This document shows, piece after piece, positions 50,420 through 63,902 of a stretch of DNA of 64,000 bases. Where the stretch lies: the NCBI RefSeq assembly GCF_006345805.1, contig NC_043011.1, positions 27,974,464-28,038,463 of the forward strand, in the 5' to 3' direction. The notes below the pieces were generated by a model. It searched no databases. It was given only the letters and a program-made list of their open reading frames with translations, and was not told where the DNA came from. Numbering within the stretch: position 1 is the first letter of the stretch; each line of letters begins with the position of its first letter. The translations under genes and the position numbers were made by a program. Source of the DNA: Octopus sinensis. Lineage: Eukaryota.

Positions 50420-51100
50420 AGGTTTTGTTTCAATGTCAAAGCCTGGAAATGAATTCTTTAATGTTTCTGTAGAATCTCTCAAAGATTACAGAAACATGTT
50501 AAAATGAAAAAGCGAAAGATTTGTTTCGATAAACACACCTTCAGATATCTTAGACAATGCAAACCAGCATACCATAGTGAACAAAACTATATCTTTAACA
50601 AAATAGACGTTTAGGAACTGCCTGAAAATAAGCAGTTGAAATTGCTTGCAACCCATTTGGAAAGACGTAACATATGTGTCTAGTGGTAAGAAATATGGCA
50701 GAATTGAAGTCAGATTTGCTACAGAAGACGTAGCAAAACAGCACTCACCAGCTCAGTTGAGAAACAGTTTACTTGTCCTAGTTTCAACATACTTGGGACG
50801 GCGCGTCACCAAGGTAAACATACTGAAGATAGCCCCAGAAATGAACGCTTCTTGGATTGTCGCAGTAGTCTTCCTTGACTTGAAAGATAAAATCAGAATC
50901 ATCCAAGTCAAGAAACAAGGAAAAACAACTGGACTGGTCAGGAATTGCAAATAATGGTCCAAATAAACCGATACAAATTCCTGACCAATTCGGCCTTCCA
51001 GATGGCACTATGCTGAACATCACAGTTGAGGACAGAAGGCCAAGAAGTTATCAATGCAGAGAGAATAACCACTTGAAAGTCTTCTACCCACAACTATAAC
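50420..51100 (+). pseudogene. Degraded ORF1 of an L1/Tx1-like LINE (RRM-like block plus decayed CCHC zinc knuckle)
   Basis: YVSSGKKYGRIEVRFATEDVAK...STYLGRRVTKVNILKIAPE; 51028-51090 EDRRPRSYQCRENNHLKVFYP fits a decayed GRRPxCxxCxxxxHxxxxCP; Thr/Pro-rich linker follows to ~51790. Confidence 0.55.
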
Positions 51101-53134
51101 AGGAGAGTACTACCCCCTGGTTACAAGCACCACCCACACTACAACAACTGAAGCAACCCCAACTACAGAAGCAACACCAACAACAAATGCAACTCCAACA
51201 AGAGGAGAAACCCCACGAAAAGAAAGCACGGGGTTCCAGCAAATACACCACAACCAACTACACGAGAGACAACAACGCCAACAACAGAGGCGCCTACAAA
51301 AACACCTTAAATGTAGCTCTTGCCAGAGGAACAAAAGACATCAGCATATTTCGACCCATTCAGACATGTGCGGAGAGGCCGACAGAATTAAGTGGACAGG
51401 AGTCACACGTAAAAGATTAAGAAAACGGCACAACAGTACTTCAACAAATAAAAAGGCTGTATCTCAGAAAAGCATTCAAAATCACCCGAAGACAACAAGA
51501 ACGCACCAACAGCCATGTTTCCAACACCACCACTACCAACACCACAGATACAGCCAACAGTACAAGGCACAACAAGGTCAACACAAAAAGTAAACGAAAA
51601 TATAAATACCACAAAACTCACCGCCAGAAACACAGACAACACAAACTTATTATACATAAAGAAAAATACGGACATCAAAATGACAGACTTTGTTTCCACC
51701 ACGGATAATACATCCCCCACCACACATACAGATACTTCGAACATCGCAATATACATACAGCAACATAAAATCCAAATAACATGATATATAACCATTTCAA
51801 AGTTTTCAAGTATTAATTCGCCATTTGCTAAACCCCGTTTATTCTATAGACGTAATGTGAAAAAATTATTTATTGAATGAATTAGACAAAATAGCTGTAT
51901 AACTTAGAGTTTTATTTTTGATAAAATGATTTTTTTTTAATATACCGGTTTAATTATTAAAAAAACATTGAGAAGTGATTTTGTTGGTATGGCTGTTTGG
52001 AACGCTATAAGCCTTGCAATAATAACTATGTGATCGCTGCTATTTCTAGCAAGCTAATCCTTGAAGTTTGCTGAAATTACAACTACGATAAATTACTGAA
52101 AGAAATATTTACTAAGCAAATGTGATAAATTGAAATTTTCAGAAAAGTTTACTTTCTAAACTTCCTTTTCTTACTGCATATTTCAAGTTCACAAATTTAA
52201 ATATTCGGTAGAAGATAAGTTTTAACCAGCTCTTATTTAAACAATGTTTTCATTTCATGTTTATTTCGTTCATTGTTTGCAATGTTCTCTCTCTCTTTCA
52301 CCCATATCCACACTGTCTCTGTAATATAAATACACACACTATCTCTATAATATAAACACACACACACGCATACACACTCCATCTTTCACTAACAGAGAAC
52401 CGCCCGGAGAGTAGTTTTTCTACTGGTATAATTAATAAACTTTTACTCGCTTAGCTTTCACATTTTGTATTTTTAATTTCCATTTAGTTTAGCTGGTTAT
52501 ATTTTAACTCCTTTAAAAGAACTGACGTTCATGATCTGTTAGTTTCATTTCTATTATGTCATTATATTTTTTGTCTTTGCCATAGAACTTTACTAGAGAT
52601 TAAATCGTAATTTGAATTCTACAATCACTTAAAAGGCAATTTGCAATTTAATACTGTTTCAATGTCAATTCGAATCTCGTTATTATTGCCTTAATGGCAA
52701 TTTGTAATATAATTACCGCTTTAACGGCAATTTGTATTGTTTCACGGACAATTTATATTACCACATTTGCTTCGATGTTAATTTATAATACTATCATCGC
52801 GTTAAAAGCAACGTGTAATATTAACATCAACTAAATGTCAATTCATAATGTTGACTGTTTTATCGCTGAAGTTTTAATATTATCATTATTATTATTGCTC
52901 ACTGGTAATTCGTAATTAATTAGACTATTGCTTCATGGTAATGTGTGTTTTACTACATTTCAATTAGGATTTCAATTCTGTCATTGCTTTTGATGGCATT
53001 TGGAAATTTTATTTCTGCGAGAAGCGCTACTCTTTCAACAGCAGTTGAAGATTGCTTCATTGGTAAGTTGTAATTTCACTGCAGTTTCAATCGTCATTTG
53101 TAAAATAGTTATTGCTGCAATTCCAATTTATATC

Positions 53135-53195
<61 letters not shown>

Positions 53196-53254
53196 CTGAA
53201 AATTACTGCTGATTTTCTGGTACTTTTTAGTTGTAATATTGCTTCAATCGTTAG

Positions 53255-53430
53255 GGTTCTTAGCAGCATTTCGTCCGTCTTTAGGTTCTGAGTCCAAATG
53301 CCGCCGAGGTCGATTTTCCCCTTTTATCGTTTCCAGATCGATAAAATAAGTACCAGTGGAGCATTAAGATCGATGTAATTGATTTATCCCTTCCTCCGAA
53401 ATTGCTGGCATTGAGCCAAAATCTAAAACC
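53255..53430 (+). mobile_element. SINE family B
   Basis: cagcatttcgtccgtctttaggttctgagtccaaatgccgccgaggtcgattttccc. Confidence 0.75.
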
Positions 53431-53449
53431 AATACTGTGTCACTCAGAA

Positions 53450-53581
53450 AGGCGGCCACTCGCAGAATCATTAGCGCGCAGGGTCAAATGGCTAGTTCCA
53501 GTTGAGTGCTGAGGTCTATCTAATCGACTTAGGTCACTCCTCGAAATTGCTGACCTTGTGCCAAAATTTGAAACCAAAATA
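53450..53581 (+). mobile_element. Short family B SINE with a 13-bp target-site duplication
   Basis: GTGTCACTCAGAA at 53437-53449 and 53582-53594. Confidence 0.7.
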
Positions 53582-54042
53582 GTGTCACTCAGAATTTCAA
53601 ATTTCACTATTGCTTCAAAAGTAGTTTAAATTTTAGCTACCGTTTCCTTAGAAATTTGTATTGCTCCAATGGCAATTTCGAAATTCTAATTATTTAAACA
53701 GATATATAATTGTAGTGTTGTTTCGCGGGTAACTTGAAGATTCAGAAATATAATAGTTTTCTTTAGTATTTGTTCATTTTATTTCGTTTTAGGATTTGGT
53801 TTGTGAGATTCTTTATATGAGTTCGTGTGTTGAAGCACATTCTGTTGTGTCTGGGGAAAGTCAATTTATTTTTGTGCCTTATAATTTAACACACTCACCG
53901 GTAAAATTTCCACTTATTTCTTATTTTTATTTTCCTAAAATTTTCATTGCGTCTTGCAACCTTTTCAATAGTCTTGACTCTGTCCGTCATTTACACAGCG
54001 TTCCTTTTTGTTTGTTTGTGCGCATGTGTGTGGGTCAGTGTG

Positions 54043-54077
<35 letters not shown>

Positions 54078-55132
54078 GCCTATGCATGTATGCATGTCTG
54101 TGTGTATGTATGTATGTATTTATGCATGTGTGTGTATGCATATGTATATACGTATGTATGTGTGTGCATCTGTATGTATGTATTCTGCATATTCATCTGC
54201 TGTTATTCAAATTGTAGTTTCCTCTTCTATTATGATATTTACTTAAACCTTGATTTGTGTATACTGTTATTTTTCTTTTAATTTTTACATAAACATAATC
54301 ATCCCTGATCGTCCAAATCTATGAAGCATATGTTGTCTGTCAAAACCATAGATTTAGTCTATAGAAGCATCACTTCAACTCTATTATGCCATAGTATTTA
54401 TGAGAACGACATTACTTATGTCGACATGAGGTAGTGGTTTACCATGTAGTCAGATATGTTAAAATCACAAGGATGTGCCCTATAGTACATACGGTTTGTG
54501 GATGCACAAAGAACAGACGTCATGTTTTCTTAACGCAAGTGTTGACCATTCTCCGAAAGTATTTAGAAGTTAAGAGATTGCCATTGTTATTTACTGCGGA
54601 AACTCATGATCGTGCAGTCCCATGAATAAAAGCGCTCCAGCTATGATTAAACCGTCTTTTATTATTCAAACATTCAATATAATAGTACATTATCGAATAA
54701 ATCGCACATTAACCAATAGTATATTCCCATAAATTGAAATATCCGGCTTGCAGATGCGGAGAAAGTAGACATGTTCTACATTCATCATGAGTGTTACACA
54801 CCTCAGCATAATGTTTAGAGCTAATGAGATCCTATTGTAATTTAAACTGTAATTTAAACTGAGATCGGCAATGATCATGCATAGCTATAATGAAAGTTGT
54901 TCCGTACACGACTACATCATTATTTATTCAACAGTCTTTCAAATAATAGTTGAACTGGTGTATCGTAGAGCTTTTCAAAAATAACAATACTTTAATTTGC
55001 GACTTGGTCGCTATTTTTAGTAATTAGTGCAGACATGGACCATATTCCTCATTGTATTTGTATATATTGTTTTGTATTTGTTTGGATCGATTTGGAAGAA
55101 GATTTTTCAGAATATCATCATCATCATCATCA

Positions 55133-55173
<41 letters not shown>

Positions 55174-55396
55174 GTTATCTTTTTTTCTTCTTCTTTCAAA
55201 TTTGCTTCCATTTCTTGCCGAGTGTCTTCCCGACTCCTAGGGCAAAGAAACTCATAGTACACATTGGTAGGCCATTAAACTGAACTCACTAGTTCATTCA
55301 TTTTTATTTTATTATATTTTTTTAAAGTTAAATTAAAATACATAGGTAGTAATAGTTCTCACATCGACAATGCTCTTCTAAATATTATTATTATTA

Positions 55397-55430
<34 letters not shown>

Positions 55431-55616
55431 GAGTGAGAGAGCAGTACATTCAATCAAAGTGACACTGGGGTACAATTATAGGAAGCCCAATATACCCATC
55501 ATGACTACCCACCTGATAAGGGTACACCAGGCACTTGCATCACAGCCATACGTGCGAGACATGGTGATCTCGTATCAAGATAAACAGCGCATGACCTTTC
55601 AGGTGGTACCCAGTTA
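55431..55616 (-). mobile_element. Dispersed retroposon 3'-end repeat with (AAT)n tail (short copy)
   Basis: Homologous to 57553-57740; abuts (ATT)n. Confidence 0.65.
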
Positions 55617-55712
55617 GGCTTACGCATCAAATTCCAGGCCTTGTGCCTATAATAGAAAGGATTATTATTATTATTGTTGTTGTTTTTGTTGTTGTTGTTG
55701 TTGTTGTTGGGA

Positions 55713-55915
55713 AGGCGACGAGCTGGCATAATCAATAGCACACCAGACGAAATTCGTAGCGGCATTTTGTCCGTCTTCATGATCTGAGCTCAGATTCTGC
55801 CATGGTCGACTTTGCCTTTCATCCTTTTGGGGTCGGCAAAATAGGTACCAGCTATGGACTGGGGCGTCAATGAAATCGACTTGCCCCCTTACCCAAAGTT
55901 TCTGGCCTTGTGTCA
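55713..55915 (+). mobile_element. SINE family B
   Basis: ggcgacgagctggcataatc...gtcgactttgcctttcatcc. Confidence 0.75.
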
Positions 55916-56224
55916 TTCTGCTCCCGATTGTAGTATGGTGCTGGTGTAGTATGTGGTTTACATGCCATTATGATTTACAGAAAATTAAATCTACAGTAGC
56001 TTGTGATCTACATTCAAAATGATAAAAATTTGCAATTGTAATTAGAAGAATGACTTAAACATTTAAAAAATAAAAGAAGACAAATTTTTATTGATTTTTA
56101 TTTCATACTAGAAGCATGAATATTGTGACTATTTGTGTACATCAAGGATATTATTTCAAAATACTATAAAGAGATTTTGCTCAGTTGATCTTAAATCCTC
56201 CACGCCCTCATCACGAATTATTTC

Positions 56225-56329
56225 AATGAGCTCAGGACAAAAAGATTTTTGGGGTTAAAATGAGCTCAGGACAAAAAGATTTTTGGGGTTAAAATGAGCT
56301 CAGGACAAAAAGATTTTTGGGGTTAAAAT
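56225..56329. repeat. Three perfect tandem copies of a 34-bp unit
   Basis: aatgagctcaggacaaaaagatttttggggttaa at 56225, 56259 and 56293; no spacers. Confidence 0.95.
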
Positions 56330-56895
56330 ACCAGACCAACCGGAAGTCGGGTAAATAGATGAATTTAAAATATAGATAAAAAAAGTCGGTGTTGGTCACA
56401 AACTATACCATTTGAACTAATGTGTATGTAGATCACATTCTACACCGACACGTTTTCATTGTTACACAGAGTTATATATTGAACATTTGTTTTTGTTTCA
56501 TGTATAAACTAATCAGGACCTAAGGGGGTTGGTTAGCTTTTCTCCATCTGTAGCCCTTCGGAGCTAAATTGAGGTTTCTTTAGCAAATTCGTCCCTCAAT
56601 TTTAGTTTAAAAAGAAGGATAACTGACAAGATTAACCCTCCGCTGAAAAGAATAGCCCGCTACTCGAAGGACAGTCAACCAAATTGTGAAAGACAGTGAC
56701 AACAGCAACAGTAACAACAACAAGAAGAACGAGGACGGTGAAGGCAACAACAGCAGCAGGGGAAAAGTATGAGCGTTATAATTTCGACATTGCAATAACA
56801 ATCAGAGGAACGTTGAAAGAGAACAATGACAACAAAAAACAAAAGCAACACCAGTGAGAATTATGCCACTTCCCCCACCACAAAACCACTACCAG

Positions 56896-56926
<31 letters not shown>

Positions 56927-57114
56927 GCAACAATGAACAGCATTGACACGAAAACTAGGGACAATGCGCTACGCCGAGAACAACATGAACAACGACACCA
57001 GAGGAAAAAAGCAACCAAATGACTACGACCACCACCAGCACTAATAACAACAACAATAGCACCGGAAGGATAAGTAACCCCGCTCTTTTTTCTTCTCTCA
57101 GCTTTTCCAGCCAA

Positions 57115-57350
57115 ATGGCAATTATTACAGTAAATTGTATAAATGCTTGTGACCTGGAGTCGTTCTGGATGCAAGGTCACTCGGGTTAATAGGGTTGGAT
57201 GAGATAACAGCCAGTGAGACCAACATTTCTGACAAGTGCACACTAGTCCCAATTTTTTTATGAAGCTTGTAAGGCTGAATGATTGAGAAGAGAGAGGCAC
57301 CTGCTGAGATGCCCTTGGCTGTTGACGGATGACCAGGATGTGTGAGCTAT
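57115..57350 (+). pseudogene. Possible start of an L1/Tx1-like ORF2 (APE endonuclease N-terminus), degraded
   Basis: MAIITVNCINACDL...QGH, then frameshifted LDEITASETN, resembling APE motifs N-x-x-G-L and (Q/S)ET; preceded by an (AAC)n-rich ORF1-like tail. Confidence 0.45.
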
Positions 57351-57521
57351 CTTTGTTGTCTGTGGGCAGATCAATTTCGGGAATTTTATTGTTGAATTTT
57401 GGTTGTTAATTGTTCCTGTTTTATTGCATACAAGTATTTTTGTTTATGTCCCACTTGTCCCTCCTTGGTTTGCATGGATCCTATTTATTTTGAGTTCGGC
57501 CGTTGTGGGCAATAAAGAAAA

Positions 57522-57552
<31 letters not shown>

Positions 57553-57973
57553 GAGTGAGAGAGCAGTGCATGCCATCAAAGTGACACTGGGATAAAATAT
57601 ACGAAACCCAGTATATCCATCATGACTACCCGTCTGATAAGGGTACACCAGGCATATGCATCACAACCATATGTGCGCGACATGGTGATCTCATATCAAG
57701 ATAAACAGCGCATAACCTTTCAGGTGGGATCCAGTAAGAATTTTCTTCAGGTCGAGTAGCCCTTCACAGTCAAAAGGTCTTTGAATAAGGGTTGTTTAAG
57801 GATGCTGAATAAAACACCCATGTTTCCAAAGGTGAATTATCCAAACCTCCAAGAATTCCATTCAAAACACGGCTATGATGCTCCCCCACTACTTCTGCTC
57901 ATGATCAGAGATGCACATATCATCAGCCACTAAAGGACATGGCCAACTGGTTAATGTCAAACAACTGACAAGC
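57553..57973 (-). mobile_element. Dispersed retroposon 3'-end repeat with (AAT)n tail (longer copy)
   Basis: gagtgagagagcagtgcatgccatcaaagtgacactgg...; same breakpoint next to (ATT)n as the 55431 copy. Confidence 0.65.
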
Positions 57974-58097
57974 ACTGTCTCGTACTGCATCAGGGCATTT
58001 TATTATTATTATTACTATTATTATTACTATTATTATTAATATTATTATTAATAATAATAATAATAATAATATTGTATTTGCACAGATTCTAACGGCA

Positions 58098-58197
58098 GAG
58101 ATGTGCTACGGTACCAGCTGTTCACTACCAGTGAACTAAAAGTAACACCTCGAATTTCACTGGTAGCTAACAGCTGGTGCCGGCCGTAGTACATCTC
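58098..58197 (+). other. 100-nt hairpin (~38-bp stem, 20-nt loop): MITE-like or pre-miRNA-like
   Basis: gagatgtgctacggtaccagctgttcactaccagtgaa pairs with ttcactggtagctaacagctggtgccggccgtagtacatctc, with two G.U, a 2x2 loop and a 4-nt bulge. Confidence 0.7.
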
Positions 58198-59667
58198 CAA
58201 TGTGTCTTGGTCTTTGTATAAGTACGGCTTGTGACTGTGTTGGTTGTTTGGAGTTTACAGCAACATATTCTACCCTCTACATAACCAGACAACCGATATT
58301 TTGAATATATTTTTGCGTCATTATTTTCCAACCGGTGTTGATGCAAACCATATTTTCATGCGATTCTCCATTAGAAATTTCTGGAAACTAGTTTTTACTG
58401 GCATGTTTCATGGCATTTCTAATGTATTGTTCGTGCACTCGTGTTATTAATCCTTATTTTGGTAAAATGTGGTAAATTTAAACGCTCGACATCTTACGCT
58501 TGTTTTTATCATACCGTCAATACTATACAGGCCGTTATTTTGTATTAAAATTTATGACGTTTCTATGGCAACAAATTTATTAGATTTTGTTTGAACCTTT
58601 CATTACTTTAGTTTCTTTTGTTAATGACGTTTTAATTATTTGGTATTTGACATGTGTGCAAGATATTTTATTGTTTTCAACTAATAACTATTCTAAGAAC
58701 CCATTACTTTCATTGATGTTCTACATCGAATTAGCTATAGATTGTATTTTTACTTCACTGCTGAAATTTTGAACATGTTTACTACAAATTTTACGCTTAA
58801 TTGTAAGCTACAATGGATTATCTTTGCGTGGAGAATATTTGAGCTATATAAAATGCTGTTCTGTCTTCGATGTATGCAATTTTCCATTATTATTTATTTT
58901 CCATATTTTTACTTCTACTCCTACTCCTTTCTCTAGGGCGTATGGAACATCACTATTCAATCCACTTTTCATTTCTTTTCTATTTTTTCTCATTTATTTA
59001 TTCAAGCCTTTCCTAAATGTAATTTGTAAGAATTCGTATCTATTTTGTATATGTACTGTTTGAAAAAAATTATGGCGTCTGATATATGATTTATTTCTTA
59101 TATCACTAGATCGCCCTCACAAGAGAAAAAATTGCCTGCTCATCATACTTTAACTATGCTAAGTTCCAAATGGAGAGTTATGATACAGGAAAATATCTAT
59201 ATATTTCGTGTCTCTGATATATTTTTTCAATGTATATATCAAATATTTCTGAAATTACATTTAGATAGTTACATTCAGTGTGTTGCAATTTTCAAACATT
59301 TCCCCCTGGAGTACTTTAATATCCAGAATCCGTATATTTTGTTCAACATTTATATCTTCCAACTATTAAAATAAATTAATTTTTCAACATTTTCTTCGAA
59401 TTATAATGCTGCTCGACAACTGAGTTAATCATTTTCTTGAAAAAGTAACAATGAATAAAAGTTTATTATTTTATAATTCTCTGCGATCGAAGGCACCGGC
59501 CCGGGAATCTTGAGGTATGGGAAAGTCAATACTATCAAACACAGTAAATAACTGTCAATTTATTTTATCGATCTCGAAAGGCACAACGAACTTACTCAGT
59601 GTTTTAATGATCCTGACAGGTAACTGACCTAAAAGTGATGATGATGATAATGATGATGATAACAATA

Positions 59668-59708
<41 letters not shown>

Positions 59709-59822
59709 CTCCCCACCTTCTGCCGACTCTAAATATAGACCTGTAAGATATGATCTATCCACCTAATTCCTACGTAACTTTTCCCTAAAATAAAGGTGGT
59801 GCTGGTGATGGTGATAATAATA

Positions 59823-59880
<58 letters not shown>

Positions 59881-59888
59881 TAATAATA

Positions 59889-59952
<64 letters not shown>

Positions 59953-60339
59953 AAAAGAAGAAGAAGAAGAATATGCTGCACCTGCTAATACTAAATACTA
60001 CTAAAACTAAATTAACACTACAACTACTATTATTATGGTAGTACATATATTTGAGGCGGAACTACCACCTTTACCACTACCCCCACCCACGCTACTGTTG
60101 CTGCTGCTGCAACCGCTGTTGCTACAACACATAAAAACAATAATATCAGTGATGATAATAATCATAATAATGAAAGGAAACGGGTGGAGCCGCCTCCTTC
60201 TCCTCATGAGCTGATTAATGATACATCTAGTGATGGTGTCACAATAAAAACACTGGTAATTGCGTAACCTGATAATTGCTACCTCATATGAGTGACAATG
60301 AAAAAAAAACAACAAAATATAGTGAATAACGGTGTGAAT

Positions 60340-63010
60340 GAAACTGAAGCCAATGATGGTGACTGTGTTACACCCGGTAGGCTCAGAGAATCTTGTCCGA
60401 CTCCAGTCTGTTGGTATTCAGAAAGGGACCACCACACACGGCGTAGATAGAGCAAGCAAATTAATGCTGTGCTCATGGAGTGTTAGTTTCGTTTGGCAAC
60501 CTTGACTCTGACACTCGTGCGTTCTTCATACAGTAATAAATGTATTGGCTTTCATCATGGTTGCATTCATTGTAGTTACTACTGTCGCCATCAAATACAG
60601 TGTCTACTCTGTATTTCCTAATTGTCATTGTCACCAACGTTGTCGTCATTTTAGTTATCATCATCATCGCCTTTTTTATCAGCCCCATCTTGGACGTTGT
60701 CGTCAGTGGCATCACCGTTATTTTCCTCATCATAACTGTTTTCATTATCATCATTTTTGTTGTTTTTATCGTCACCTGAGGAACCCGCTAGATGAAAATG
60801 GTGTTCAAATTAGGGATTACCGACAACGTATGAATGATCATTGGAGAGAAAAGGGATTGTTTCAACTCACGAAACAGAGACTATGTGATCAAGCTAGAGC
60901 AATAAGGAAAAATTGTTGGTTCACAGAAGTAGAGCTCGAAGCTATCTAAAGACGGGTCATGGAAAATAGCAGCATAGATAAGAACGAAAATACAGTTCTT
61001 ACTAATAAGAGTAATCCCATAGCACAGGAAAGGAGCAGTGGTAGTTTACTTGATTAGAGACATATAGATGATCTAAAAGGAAACAATAAAACTAATGACG
61101 ACATGACATATGAACAAAAGGCAATCTACGACAGGAGAACGATAGCGACATTATTTGCAACGTTAAAAAGGTTGATCGATGGAAATTGAAACAAGAAATG
61201 GAAAATGTCAATGACATTCTGACAGAACAAACAACATCACAGAAACAAATAATTTGATCGAGGCAGCAAGTATTGTTGTAGCAGAAAAAGAAACATAATG
61301 GGGTGACAAAAGAAAAGATCCATGGTGGAAAAAAAGAATCGATGCTCTCGAACGAAACCACTGTGTTAGATCCAAAAGCGAAAGGGGAGCTTAAAAGCGA
61401 ACAAAAATACAGGGCGTTGAAAAGTATGTATAATATTGAAACAAAGGGCCTAAAAGTAGTAGTGGAGGAAGTGAAACAGTGACTCGTTGCAAAGAAAGCA
61501 AAGATGGTAAGATACGAGCAAAAATGAAGGGTTGCCACCAGGAAACGCTATTCAGAGTAGATCAGAAGAGATTCTATAAAGAAATAAATGGAGGATGCAT
61601 GGATAAAAAGCTGATACCAGATAACATTGAAAGTCAAATGTTTTGGAGTGACATCTGGAGCAAAGACAAGGAGCACAAGAAGGATGCTGAAAGGTTGCAA
61701 GAACTGAAACATTAGTAGTCTGTCAAAAACAGACAGAACTAGTCATTTCAGTTAAGGAAGTGAAGGAAATCAGCAAAAAATTAGCAACTGGAAGGTCCCG
61801 GGAGCAGATGGAGTCCAAGGCTACTAGATCAAAAGATTTAGTGAATGTCATGCACGAAAAGCTGCACAGCTTTGCACATTGTTAGATGCCGACCAAGCAA
61901 CACCAGAGTGGTTGCCATTGGGTGGGACCATGCTGTGCCTGAAAAACATCGAAAAATGCAATACGGTAGACAATTACAGGGCAATATCATGTTTGCCACT
62001 TATGTGGAAGTTATTGACTGGAATACTCGCAGAGTCAATGTACGAACATCTGGAAAAAATGGAGTCCTGCCACATGATCAGAAGGAATGCAAGCGTAAGT
62101 GCAGAGGTACCAAGGATCGACTCCTGATAGACAAAACTGTACTTAGAGACAGCAAGAGGAGGAAAACTAACTTAGCGATGTCATGGATCGACTATCGTAA
62201 GGCGTACGATATGATGCCGCATTCTTGGATTATTGGTATTGCATCGAATGTTGAGCGGTTGCTTGGAAAAAGTATCGCGAAAATGTATGGCGATCTGAAA
62301 GCATACGGAAGAAATTTAAGGACAGTAGAAATTAGGAGGGGCATCTTCCAAGGCGACTGCCTGTCCCACTGATCATTGTACTGTGCTTCATACCACAAAC
62401 ACTGATTCTGAAGAAAGCAAAGGCTGGGTATGTTTTCAAAAGCCGCCAGCACGATGTCAACTATTTGTTATTCATGGATGACCTCAAACTTTATGGTAAA
62501 GATGAAGCCCAAGTCAGTTGTCTCATTGATACGGTGTATACCTCCAGTGCTGATATCAGAATGGAGTTCGGACTAAGAAAGTGATGTGTATTAGTATTGA
62601 AGAGAGGCAAAATCAAATGTATGGACGGGCTAACGATACCGTCGGAAAAGGTTATGAAGCAGATATGAGACGGGTTATAAGTACTTGGGGATTTTGGAAA
62701 TAGATAAATTGATGGAGAAAGAAATGAAGGAAAACTTTAAGGTGGAGTACTTGCTCAGACTGAGACTGATCCTTAAGTCGAAATTAAACGGACGGAATAA
62801 GATCAAAGCTATCAACACGTGGACGGTTTCATTCCTTAGATACAGAGCAGGAGTAATCGCATAGACAGTAGACGAACGAAACATCTTAGACAGGAAGACA
62901 AGGTAGTTGCTAACTAGATATGGGTCACTCCACCCAAAAATGATACAGACAACTGTATGTACCAAGAAAAAGAGGGTGGGGGAGGACTTACTGGATGCGA
63001 ACAAAGCATC
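60340..63010 (+). mobile_element. Long, heavily degraded R4/Dong-clade element (N-terminal domain through RT), interrupted by a ~290-bp insertion at ~60484-60772
   Basis: INAVLMEC | [33 protein letters not shown]; NWKVPGADG; [16 protein letters not shown]; [10 protein letters not shown]; [10 protein letters not shown]; LLFMDDLKLY; YKYLGILE; KSKLNGRNKIKAINTW. Confidence 0.9.
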
Positions 63011-63230
63011 TAAAAACAGAAACAATTCCTATCATAGTAGGCTCATTAGTTATGATAAAAATATATTCAAACAAATACATGTTCGTACAAATGAAGAGGT
63101 TTATGTAATCTAGTAGCCCACTCTATCATTGCTGGTCTTGTGCCAAAGAAACTATTATTATTAATAGCGGTGGATTAGCAGAATCTACAGAAAATAAGAC
63201 AAAATGCATTGCTATATTTAACTACTTCAA

Positions 63231-63390
63231 GGTGGCGAGCTGGTAGAGTCGTTAGCAAGCGTAGTGGCCTTTCGTCCCTCTTTATGTTCCGAGTTCAAAC
63301 TCCACCGAAGTTGACTTTGCCTTTCATCGTTTTGGAGTCGAAAATATAAGTACCAGTTGAGCACTAGGTTCGGTGTAATCGACTTACCTA
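63231..63390 (+). mobile_element. SINE family B
   Basis: ggtggcgagctggtagagtcgttagc...gttgactttgcctttcatc. Confidence 0.75.
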
Positions 63391-63682
63391 GTCTGGATTT
63401 GCTGCAGGTCTCTGATTTGCAATTTCATTTGGGATTGATACATACTTTTTGAGTTGATTTAATCGACTATACTACCAGACAAATATATGGCTCTGAAATA
63501 TAAAGGGTCCTGGTCAAAATGTCTTAGGATATTTCTTCTGCTTCATTACAAATCCCTCTGAAGTCAACTTTATGTTTCATCATTCCGAGTATTGATAAAA
63601 CTAAATTTCTATGAAGTGATTTGATCGATTATCATTTCTCGTATGTGTGGTCTTGTGCATGTATTAAAACATATCAATATTA

Positions 63683-63902
63683 TTGGTTTGGTACATAATT
63701 ATTGCGGCTTTTTTTCAACAAATTTTATTCAGCAAAAACGATTACATGTAACAAAAACATCTTTAAATGAATATTCCGAAGCCTATTCACCATCTACTTC
63801 AATTACTGGTTGTCATTTAAAGATATTTTTGCTAAATATTATTATTGTTTTTGTTGAATAAAATTGGTTGAAAAAAGCCGCAATAATTATGCACCAAACC
63901 AA
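63683..63902. mobile_element. Mariner-type MITE (220 bp) with ~48-bp TIRs and TA target-site duplication
   Basis: TA|TTGGTTTGGTACATAATTATTGCGGCTTTTTT...AAAAAAGCCGCAATAATTATGCACCAAACCAA|TA; resembles mariner TIRs of the TTAGGTTGGTGCAAAAGTAATTGCGG type. Confidence 0.88.

Larger units (their letters stand above)
52590..53700. repeat. Degenerate minisatellite, motif ~attgcttcaatggcaatttgtaat, interrupted by (CT)n and two SINEs
   Basis: Variants such as attgccttaatggcaatttgtaat, attgcttcattggtaagttgtaat and attgctccaatggcaatttcg recur irregularly. Confidence 0.55.

Noticed and set aside
49640-50482. 280-aa minus-strand ORF
   Set aside because: Antisense to the LINE-like 5' region and runs into (ATT)n; no recognisable domain
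56225-56329. CRISPR-like 34-bp repeat
   Set aside because: Units are contiguous with no spacers, no cas genes are present, and the context is eukaryotic
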